The notes under the pieces: model-generated
Told to the model about the DNA's origin: nothing
What the model saw: the letters and a program-made list of their open reading frames with translations, nothing else
Database searches by the model: none
Part shown: positions 47,684 through 56,022 of the stretch, piece after piece
Numbering within the stretch: the first letter of the stretch is position 1
Layout: each line of letters opens with the position of its first letter
NCBI GenBank assembly: GCA_963711565.1
Contig: CAVQEQ010000004.1
Span: 64,001 to 128,000, forward strand
Origin: an uncultured delta proteobacterium
GTDB lineage: Bacteria > Desulfobacterota > Binatia > Binatales > Binataceae
Direction: 5' to 3'
Length of the DNA: 64,000 nt
Program-made: the position numbers and the translations under genes

Positions 47684-48706
47684 TCAGGCGATTCCGTAGA
47701 GCCTGCGCTTGCGCCAGAGAGTCGTCACGTTGATACCGAGGGTGGCGGCCGCCTCGCCAAGGGTAGGGCAATCCGCGAGCGCGCGCAGGATTTGTTCACG
47801 CTCGAAGTCTTTCAGCCTGGTTCCACGCGGCGCAGGAGCGGACATTGCCGCCGTGCGATGGATGACGGAATCCGGCAGGTCGTCAAGAGTGATTGTTTCG
47901 GTGCGAGCGAGGTCGGCGGCGCGCTTCAGGGCATTGTGAAGCTCGCGGAGGTTTCCGGGCCATCGATAACTGATCAGAGCCGCGGCAGCGTCCGGCGACA
48001 GACGGAAATCAGGACGTGCGGTGGCGAGCGACATTCGCTTCAACATCCAATCCGCCAAAGGAAGGATATCCTGAGTTCGTTCGCGCAGGGGCGGCAGCGT
48101 GAACGTAATCACGTTCAGGCGATAGTAGAGATCCTCGCGAAAGCGTCCGGCCGCGATTTCGGCTCCCAGATTCCGATTGGACGCGACGATGACGCGAACA
48201 TCAACTCTGAGCGTGCGATTGCTGCCAATTCGCTCGAGGCAGCGGTCTTGAACGAAACGAAGAAGCTTGATTTGCAATGAGGTTGGCAGCTCGGCGATTT
48301 CGTCGAATAGTACTGTGCCGCCGTTGCCGGCTTCGAGACGGCCGGGCTTGTCGTTGATGGCGCCGGTGAAACTTCCGCGAACGTGACCGAACAGCTCGTC
48401 TTCCAGCAGGTGCTCGGCCAGTGTCGTGCAGTTAATCACGATGAATGGTCCACGGCGTCGCGGACTCCATCGATGAATCTGGCGCGCAAGTAGGTCCTTG
48501 CCGGTCCCGCTCTCACCGGTGAGGAGAATTGTTGAGTCGCCGGCCGCAGCGCGTTCGACCATATCAAGCAGCGCGGTCATCCCGGGACTGCGGGATTCGA
48601 GCAGTATGTCTTCCTCGATGGGTCCCTGCGGCGCCGGATTGTTAGCGCGAAACTCAAGCGCCGGGATTCCGTATGTTCTTTGAACGTCCATGGCTCTATG
48701 ATTCAT
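47684..48706 (-). CDS. sigma54-dependent AAA+ activator with Fis-type HTH and no receiver/sensor domain
   Basis: GESGTGKD, GSFTGA, LFDEI, FREDLYYRL, WPGNLREL, LGINVTTLWRK. Confidence 0.9.
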   Translation of the reverse strand: MNHRAMDVQRTYGIPALEFRANNPAPQGPIEEDILLESRSPGMTALLDMVERAAAGDSTILLTGESGTGKDLLARQIHRWSPRRRGPFIVINCTTLAEHLLEDELFGHVRGSFTGAINDKPGRLEAGNGGTVLFDEIAELPTSLQIKLLRFVQDRCLERIGSNRTLRVDVRVIVASNRNLGAEIAAGRFREDLYYRLNVITFTLPPLRERTQDILPLADWMLKRMSLATARPDFRLSPDAAAALISYRWPGNLRELHNALKRAADLARTETITLDDLPDSVIHRTAAMSAPAPRGTRLKDFEREQILRALADCPTLGEAAATLGINVTTLWRKRRLYGIA

Positions 48707-48755
48707 CCCGAAATACGACCTCGACCTGCGCTAACCCGCACTCGCCCGGAAGTGA

Positions 48756-49775
48756 CTACGCCGGCGGCGCGCCGTAGCGCTTGTTCAACTCGAGGTTCAC
48801 CTGCAACACATCGACCATCTTCTCGCCAACGAGACCGTCCAGCGGGGCGAACGCGTCTGTCTGCAGGATTTGATCGATCTCGGTGCGCACCTGGGCCGGA
48901 TCGCGCTTGGTATCGGTCGCCCATTTTGAAGCTACGCGATCGAGTTGGTATTCGGCGTTCTGCAGCGTGATGTCCGGATCGAGCCCGGAGGCGGAAGCGG
49001 TAACCATGTCTCCCGGCACGTCCTGTAGGTCTGCATCGGCGTGATCCTGCCGCCACACGTCAAAGAAGTTGGATTGGATGTCCGAGCCGGTCGCGACCGG
49101 CTGGATGGTGGTCTGGCTCTTTCCACCGGGCAACTGCGTCGTAACCGCTGACGGAAACTTGCCGGGATACTGCTTGGAAAAGTTTTCGAAGAAGAGCATG
49201 GCCAGGTCCGAAGGTTGCGGCGACGGCGTGCCAGGGTTCTGCTTGATCCAATCGGCTACTTCAGCCTTATGGTCCTTGGCCCAAGCGGTGATGTATGCGG
49301 CGTGCGACGGATCGGCACTTACCCATCCTTGCGCCGCTGCGTTGTGAGCATCGGCCCACTGGGCGACGATTTGTGGTTGTCCGCCGAAGTTGTCCTGCTG
49401 GAACCACGCTTCGATATCGGGCGCCACCAATTGACCCGCCTTTGCTCCACTCTTGTACTTGACGATAGGACCCAGTTGCTGCACTACGCGATAGCGCAAC
49501 ATATAGTTTGACGCTGCCAAGGCGGACGAGGCGGACGCAGAACCGTCATAGGATGCAGCCGAAGGTCGCGGCCAGAAGTACTCATCCTTGGTGAACGGTT
49601 GAGCGATCAGGAGAGACCCGACCGGCTTGCCATCAGGGCCATTGACGATGCTGCCATTGGCGGTGAAGGGGAAGAACGTTTGCCCGATTGCCCATACTGC
49701 GAGCGGATAGATCAAGCAGCAGATGACGACGGTAGAGCCCAGCAGCCAGAGACTTTTGACAATGTTGGTTTTCAT
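48756..49775 (-). CDS. kdpC: K+-transporting ATPase subunit C (long form)
   Basis: IYP...ANGS, YFWPRPSAA, VTASASGLDPDIT, VLQVNLEL. Confidence 0.88.
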   Translation of the reverse strand: MKTNIVKSLWLLGSTVVICCLIYPLAVWAIGQTFFPFTANGSIVNGPDGKPVGSLLIAQPFTKDEYFWPRPSAASYDGSASASSALAASNYMLRYRVVQQLGPIVKYKSGAKAGQLVAPDIEAWFQQDNFGGQPQIVAQWADAHNAAAQGWVSADPSHAAYITAWAKDHKAEVADWIKQNPGTPSPQPSDLAMLFFENFSKQYPGKFPSAVTTQLPGGKSQTTIQPVATGSDIQSNFFDVWRQDHADADLQDVPGDMVTASASGLDPDITLQNAEYQLDRVASKWATDTKRDPAQVRTEIDQILQTDAFAPLDGLVGEKMVDVLQVNLELNKRYGAPPA

Positions 49776-49800
49776 CGTAGTTACCTTCGACCCGCCTTGT

Positions 49801-51958
49801 TCAGGCAACCAGGTGCATAGCACTCAGGATGACATCGATAAGCTTGATACCTGCAAACGGCAGGATTACACCGCCTAGTCCCCATACGAGAAGGTTTCGC
49901 CGAAGGAGGGCGTCGGCACCCAGCGGCCGATACTTAACTCCTTTCAAGGCGACTGGAATCAGCGCCGGAATAATGATCGCATTGAAGATAACTGCCGACA
50001 GGATCGCGGAGGTCGGGGAGTGAAGATGCATCACGTCCATTGCGGCGAGCCATGGCAGTGTGCCGGCGAACAGCGCCGGCACGATCGCGAAATACTTGGC
50101 AACGTCGTTGGCGACTGAGAAGGTGGTCAGCGCACCACGGGTCATGAGGAGCTGTTTGCCGACCTCGACCACTTCAATGAGCTTGGTCGGGTCGGAGTCA
50201 AGGTCAACCATGTTGCCGGCTTCCTTGGCGGCCTGGGTGCCGGAGTTCATCGCGAGGCCTACATCGGCCTGTGCCAGCGCGGGCGCGTCGTTAGTTCCAT
50301 CGCCCATCATGGCAACCAGCTTGCCGTCAGCTTGTTCCTTGCGGATGTATGCGAGCTTCGATTCCGGCGTGGCCTGCGCGACAAAGTCATCCACGCCGGC
50401 CTGCTTTGCGATGGTGGCGGCGGTAAGAGGATTGTCACCGGTGATCATTACCGTGCGCAGACCCATACTGCGCAGCCGCTCGAAACGCTCGTTCATCCCG
50501 GGTTTCAGGATGTCCTCAAGCGCGACGACGCCGGCGATTTTGGAATTTTCGGCCACTACCAGGGGCGTTGCGCCTTTCGAGGCGATCGCGTTGAACGATC
50601 TGTTCCAAGCCAGCGGGCACCACGCCGTTTTTCTTCCGGACGAAGGCTATAACCGCGTCGGCCGCACCTTTGCGAATGCTGCCGCCATCCGGGAGATCAA
50701 CACCGCTCATTCGAGTCTGCGCGCTAAAGGCGATGAACTGCGCGCCGGTCGGCGTTTGCAATTCTCTCGCGCCGACTCCGGCCTCTTGCGCCGCGACGAC
50801 GATGCTTTTGCCCTCCGGAGTTTCATCAGCCGCCGAAGCGAGCGCCGCCAACTGCGCCAATCTCTGTTTGGTATAGCCGGAAACCGGCTCGAAGTTTTTA
50901 GCCTGACGATTGCCGACGGTGATCGTGCCGGTCTTATCCAGCAGCACTACGTCGATGTCGCCGGCCGTCTCTACCGCCTTGCCGCTCTTGGCGATGATGT
51001 TGGCCTGGAGTGCGCGATCCATCCCGGCGATTCCGATCGCGGCCAGAAGAGCACCTATAGTTGTAGGTATAAGACAGACAAGAAGGCCTACAAGAGTTGG
51101 AACGTCGGTACCAAGACTCTTAAGCGGCTCGGTAGTGCCCAGATAACCCATCATGTACTGTTCCGCATTCCACGCCATCGGCCAGATCGGAATAACGACA
51201 ATCAGAAACGCAAGAGTAAGTGCGGACAGCACCAGCGTCAGCGCGATTTCATTCGGCGTCTTCTGGCGAACGGCGCCCTCGACGAGAGAGATCATGCGAT
51301 CCATGAAGGTCTCGCCTGGCTGCGCGGTGATCTTCACGATAATTCGATCGGAGATAACCCGGGTCCCGCCGGTAACCCCGGAGCGATCGCCGCCGGCCTC
51401 GCGGATAACCGGAGCTGACTCGCCAGTGATCGCGGCTTCATCCACCGACGCGATGCCCGAGATTACCTCACCGTCACTTGGAATCACCTGACCCGCGGCG
51501 ACCACGACGCGGTCGCCGGGTCTCAGATCGGTTGATGGAATTTCTTCTACGACATCGCCGACTTTGAGGCGGTAGGCCGGCGTCTCGGTGCGCGTCTTGC
51601 GCAGCGAATCGGCCTGGGCCTTGCCGCGCGCCTCAGCAAGCGCGGTCGCGAAATTCGCAAACAGCACGGTCAACCAGAGCCAGAAATCCAGGGCGATGAA
51701 ATAAGTGATCGGGACCTGGCTCGCGGAGGTACTCACCAGCGCCTGCGCAATGAAGAGCAGGGTAAGGACCGCGCCGATCTCGACCACGAACATGACCGGG
51801 TTGCTCCACTGAATATCCGGGCGAAGCATCACGAAGGACTGCTTCAGGGCGTCGCGCACGAGCTCGGGTTCGAAAAGCTTTCGGCTTCTGATCCGCCTTT
51901 GCGGCCGCGGATGTTGAGGTTCCTGAATACTCCGTATCGGTGTTGCGACTGCTCCCAT
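49801..51958 (-). pseudogene. kdpB: K+-transporting ATPase subunit B with a 1-nt insertion near 50594 (real or sequencing error)
   Basis: NPVMFVVE, TGES, CLIPTTIG and DKTGT in one frame; TGDN and [10 protein letters not shown] in another. Confidence 0.88.
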
Positions 51959-52027
51959 TTTAGGTCCTCCGACTAAGTCACTCGTCTGCGATAAATATCC
52001 TCGACAGTGCGACAGCTGGCTCCAGTC

Positions 52028-53845
52028 CTAACCGCCGAACGGTATAGGACCCAAGTGATCCGCCAGCGGGCCGAGTGCGGCAACCGGCAGGAACAGCAGG
52101 GCGCCAACGATCACGATCGTGCCCAGGAGCAGACAGCCAAAGGTGGCGGTGTCATCGCGCAGAGTTCCCAAACCGAAAGGCGTGCTCTTTTTCATGCCGA
52201 GAAACGCCGCCATCGCGATAGGTGCTACGATTGGAAGATAGCGGCCGAACAAGATGACCAGGCCGCCGGCGATGTCCCACGGCACTGCCTCGGGGGCCGG
52301 ACTAGGATTGCTGTTCAAGCCATAGCTGGTCCCCAGGCCGTCGAAGGCGGAGCCGTTGTTAGCTGACGAGGATGAGAACTGGTAGACGATCTGCGACAAT
52401 CCATGCGCGCCGGGGTTGCTGGTGGCTTTCATGCCCCAGTCGGTAGCGGCGAACAGTCCGGATGGTCCCAGAATCAGGATTGGATGGACCAGGAGTGCTA
52501 TCATCGCAAGCTTCATCTCGCGAGCGCCGATCTTCTTGCCAAGGTACTCAGGCGTGCGTCCGACCATCTGACCTGCGAGAAAGATACCTATGATGAGAAA
52601 GAGCAGCAGGTTGATCATTCCCACGCCCTTACCGCCGTAGATGCAGTTAAGCCACATGCCGACGAAGGGCGATAGCCCGGCTATAGGATTGAGGCTGTCG
52701 TGCTCGGCGTTCACCGCGCCGCACGTTACATCAACGGTCGCGGCGGCAAAGGTCGCGCCCGCAGAGGTGCCGAAACGCAATTCTTTGCCTTCGAGATTAC
52801 CCAGGTGCTGATCGACCGGCAGGCCGGCCACAGCCGGCAGAGTGATCTCTCGTTTCCCTCCGGGCGCACTGGCGCTGGCGATCGTGTAGGTTCTAGCTTG
52901 AGGATGGGCAGTCAGTCCGGGATTCGGCTGCATCGTGTCGAAGTAAATCGCCCAAACGATCGTTCCGACGAATAACAACAACATGACCGAGAAAATGACG
53001 ACCGAGTGGCGGAACCGGCTGAGCATCCGGCCGTACATCAGTACAAGCGCCATCGGAAACAGCATCATGCAGAAGGTTTCGAAGAAGTTCGTTCCTGCGC
53101 CGGGATTCTCGAAGGGATGGGCCGAATTCATTCCGTAAAAGCCACCGCCGTTGGTTCCCATCATCTTCATAGGGACAAACGCCGCCAGCGGTCCGACAAC
53201 TATTGTTTGCTGCTTGGGCTGGTTGTTGCTGTCGGTGCCCATCGCGGCAGGCTCGAGCGTCGAGACCTGGTAGTCACTCTGATAGGTCATCGGCATGCCC
53301 TGGACGAGGAAAACCATGCTCATAACGAAGGCGGCGGGAAAAAACATGTAGATAACCACGCGCCACATATCGAGGAAGAAGTTACCCAGATGCGAATCAC
53401 TCCGCAGGGCACGAATGATCGCCGTGAGTGCGCATAGTCCTACTGCTGCAGAGAGGAAGAACATTGCGACGCAAAAGAAAATCTGAGTGAAATTTGAAAA
53501 CGCCACGTCTCCCGAGTAGTGCTGAATGTTGGTGTTGGTAATGAACGAGATGACAGTGTTGAAAATCGTGCTGGGCGCCAGCATCCCGAGGCCGCGAGGA
53601 TTTAGCGGCATCCACGGCTGCACTGACAACACGATGTAGCCGTAGACGAACAGCACTGTATTGAAAGCGAGCAGTGCTATAGTGTACTGCTTCCAGTTCT
53701 GGGGTCCGCTGTCCAGGCGCTCCTCAAACCCAGCGAGGACTTGCGGTGCCTTATACTTGCCGTCCATGATCTTGGCCATGTAGCGGCTTAGGGGAATGGC
53801 AATCAGAATCGTGAACACGATTATCGAAACTGGCAGAAGCCACAT
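52028..53845 (-). CDS. kdpA: K+-transporting ATPase subunit A
   Basis: FITNTNIQHYSG, GTNGGG...NSAHPFENP, GKELRFG, GRTPEYLGKKI, ANNGSAF. Confidence 0.95.
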   Translation of the reverse strand: MWLLPVSIIVFTILIAIPLSRYMAKIMDGKYKAPQVLAGFEERLDSGPQNWKQYTIALLAFNTVLFVYGYIVLSVQPWMPLNPRGLGMLAPSTIFNTVISFITNTNIQHYSGDVAFSNFTQIFFCVAMFFLSAAVGLCALTAIIRALRSDSHLGNFFLDMWRVVIYMFFPAAFVMSMVFLVQGMPMTYQSDYQVSTLEPAAMGTDSNNQPKQQTIVVGPLAAFVPMKMMGTNGGGFYGMNSAHPFENPGAGTNFFETFCMMLFPMALVLMYGRMLSRFRHSVVIFSVMLLLFVGTIVWAIYFDTMQPNPGLTAHPQARTYTIASASAPGGKREITLPAVAGLPVDQHLGNLEGKELRFGTSAGATFAAATVDVTCGAVNAEHDSLNPIAGLSPFVGMWLNCIYGGKGVGMINLLLFLIIGIFLAGQMVGRTPEYLGKKIGAREMKLAMIALLVHPILILGPSGLFAATDWGMKATSNPGAHGLSQIVYQFSSSSANNGSAFDGLGTSYGLNSNPSPAPEAVPWDIAGGLVILFGRYLPIVAPIAMAAFLGMKKSTPFGLGTLRDDTATFGCLLLGTIVIVGALLFLPVAALGPLADHLGPIPFGG

Positions 53846-53887
53846 AGGCCTTAAGTCCTCTTTTTCAATATCTGCGGGTAGTAATGA

Positions 53888-53968
53888 CTAGAACCACTCC
53901 GGTCGAACCATTGCGGTAACCAGATACGCGAACACCAGGGCTGCAATGGCTGCAGTTACGTAGATCAT
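53888..53968 (-). CDS. kdpF: K+-transporting ATPase subunit F (26 aa)
   Basis: MIYVTAAIAALVFAYLVTAMVRPEWF*; YL...RPE.F signature; RBS GGAGG. Confidence 0.85.
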   Translation of the reverse strand: MIYVTAAIAALVFAYLVTAMVRPEWF

Positions 53969-53978
53969 GGCTGCCTCC

Positions 53979-54074
53979 CTAAATTTTCTCGCAGGCGACT
54001 AAAAACGCGAAACAAAGGCCGAGGCCGACCAGACCCAACAGGAATGTTGCCGGTAGCCAAAGTGCTTCGTTCAT
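53979..54074 (-). CDS. 31-aa hydrophobic peptide upstream of kdpF
   Basis: MNEALWLPATFLLGLVGLGLCFAFLVACEKI* with its own GGAGGA RBS; in frame with the longer ORF from 54398. Confidence 0.7.
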   Translation of the reverse strand: MNEALWLPATFLLGLVGLGLCFAFLVACEKI

Positions 54075-54398
54075 CGGAGTTCCTCCGGGTTTGGAATTTA
54101 CGATATAGGCTTCGTTCGAGTAGTGAGATTCGAGCTCAGCGAGCGGAGGGCACGGTCCTTCTGCAAAAGTGGCGAAGCGGGTCGAGCTGTCGGGACCGGC
54201 CATGGGATGACCGTAGCCGTCCAGCACGACAACTGTTTTCTCGCAGACCAGAAAGTGCCATTTGCATCGGATGCAGTAGTAGAGCCGCGCCTTGCGCGGA
54301 AACAGCTCGCTATCGCACAGCGGTCCGATAACGAACTCGTGCCGAAGGCTCGGCGCATGCCGCTGCGGGCGGGAAGCGAGGCTTTCCCAAAGCTTCAT
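53979..54398 (-). CDS. Cys/His-rich hypothetical protein ending in the kdp-associated TM peptide
   Basis: RHEFV...YYCIRCKWHFLVC...GPCP; 139-aa ORF. Confidence 0.45.
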   Translation of the reverse strand: MKLWESLASRPQRHAPSLRHEFVIGPLCDSELFPRKARLYYCIRCKWHFLVCEKTVVVLDGYGHPMAGPDSSTRFATFAEGPCPPLAELESHYSNEAYIVNSKPGGTPMNEALWLPATFLLGLVGLGLCFAFLVACEKI

Positions 54399-54493
54399 GA
54401 GGAAGGGTTAAGGCATTTTCTGGACCAAAGGGAAAAGCCGCCGAATGAAAGGGGAAATTAAAATAGTGCGTCGAGCCTCCTCGCGCATCGTGC

Positions 54494-54523
54494 TTCAAAA
54501 CGAAATGTGGAATGCGTTTTGAA
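54494..54523. promoter_or_regulatory. inverted repeat TTCAAAACG-N12-CGTTTTGAA between the divergent kdp and uxaC operons
   Basis: Perfect 9-bp arms in an AT-richer intergenic region. Confidence 0.45.
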
Positions 54524-54601
54524 ATTCCGCGCGAGAAGGGTAGATAGACTCGGCAGCTCTGGACTTCCCGTGCATTTGGAGCTTGTAGTAGTCATAGCGC
54601 G

Positions 54602-56005
54602 ATGAAATCGTTTCTCGATGAAGACTTCCTGCTCGACAGCGCGACTTCGCGCCGGCTTTATCGCCAGTACGCGGCCGAACTGCCGATCATCGACTACCAC
54701 TCGCATTTGTCGGCATCCGAGATCGCGGCGCGCAAGCGGTTTCGGAACATAACGGAACTATGGTTAGGGGGAGACCACTACAAGTGGCGGCTCATGCGGA
54801 TGGCGAGGATGTCCGAGCGTCTAATCACCGGCGACGCCGGCGATCGCGAGAAATTCATTGCCTTTTGCAGCGTCCTTCCGCAAGCGATCGGCAATCCGGT
54901 TTATCATTGGAGCCATCTTGAGTTGCGGCGAATCTTCGATATCGACACGGTCATCAATGAGAAGAACGCGCCGGACTTGTGGGACGAGGTCAATCGGCGG
55001 CTCGCGACCATCGATGCCTGGAGTTTTCTCGATCAGGCCAAGGTTGAAATTCTCTGCACCACCGACGATCCTGCTGACGATTTGAAGGCTCACGCGGAGC
55101 TTGCCCAGTCGGGACTCAGAACCCGTGTGCTGCCGTCATTTCGACCGGATCGCGCGATGGCTATCAACGATCCGCGCTTTGCTGCATACCTCGCCACACT
55201 CGGCGGCGTCACCGGCACGCAAATCACGTCGTTCGCTAACCTGATCGCGGCCCTCGAATGTCGTGTAGGTTACTTCGATTCGCACGGCGCACGGGTAAGC
55301 GACCACGCGATCGACATGCCACTTCCGGAGCGGATCGGCAGTCAGAGGGAAATCGAAACTATGTTTTCGCGGCGGCTAGAGGGTGCCGCGCTAGATGAAG
55401 AGTCGGTCGCGCAATACCGGCTCGGGCTGTTGATAGCGTTGGGGCGCGTCTATGCGCAGCGTGGCTGGGCCATGTGTCTTCATATCGGCGCCCAGCGCAA
55501 CAACTGTAGCCGCCAGTTCACTGGTCTAGGTCCCGATACCGGTTACGATTCGATTTCCGATATGCCAATCAGCCGCGGCCTGGCGCGCATGCTCGATACT
55601 CTGGATCGTGACGACATGCTACCCAGAACCGTGCTGTTCTGCATGAACCCGAACATGAACGAGGTGCTCGCGAGCATGCTGGGCGTCTTTGCCGATAACA
55701 CTACGCGCAGCAAGTTGCAGTTTGGTCCGGCCTGGTGGTTTAACGATCATAAGGAAGGAAACCTGCGACAACTCAGGACGCTAGCTAGTCACGGGCTTCT
55801 CGGCACGTTCGTCGGCATGACTACCGATTCGCGAAGCCTCGCGTCCTTTCCGCGTCACGAATACTTTCGCCGGCTGCTGTGCCGTCTGCTGGGCCGTTGG
55901 GTGGAAGACGGCGAATACCCGGACGATGAAGACGCGCTGGCGCAACTTGTACGAGATGTCTGCTACAACAACGCCAAGACCTACTTCCGGTTCTCGGCGA
56001 CGTAG
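54602..56005 (+). CDS. uxaC: glucuronate/uronate isomerase
   Basis: PIIDYHSHL, GDHYKWRLMR, GNPVYHWSHLEL, TTDDP, WWFNDH, TDSRS...RHEYFRR. Confidence 0.95.
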   Translation: MKSFLDEDFLLDSATSRRLYRQYAAELPIIDYHSHLSASEIAARKRFRNITELWLGGDHYKWRLMRMARMSERLITGDAGDREKFIAFCSVLPQAIGNPVYHWSHLELRRIFDIDTVINEKNAPDLWDEVNRRLATIDAWSFLDQAKVEILCTTDDPADDLKAHAELAQSGLRTRVLPSFRPDRAMAINDPRFAAYLATLGGVTGTQITSFANLIAALECRVGYFDSHGARVSDHAIDMPLPERIGSQREIETMFSRRLEGAALDEESVAQYRLGLLIALGRVYAQRGWAMCLHIGAQRNNCSRQFTGLGPDTGYDSISDMPISRGLARMLDTLDRDDMLPRTVLFCMNPNMNEVLASMLGVFADNTTRSKLQFGPAWWFNDHKEGNLRQLRTLASHGLLGTFVGMTTDSRSLASFPRHEYFRRLLCRLLGRWVEDGEYPDDEDALAQLVRDVCYNNAKTYFRFSAT

Positions 56006-56022
56006 TATCGCGGTCCTGATAG

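Noticed and set aside
50060-51418. 452-aa plus-strand ORF opposite kdpB
   Set aside because: Antisense shadow of kdpB; no motifs of its own
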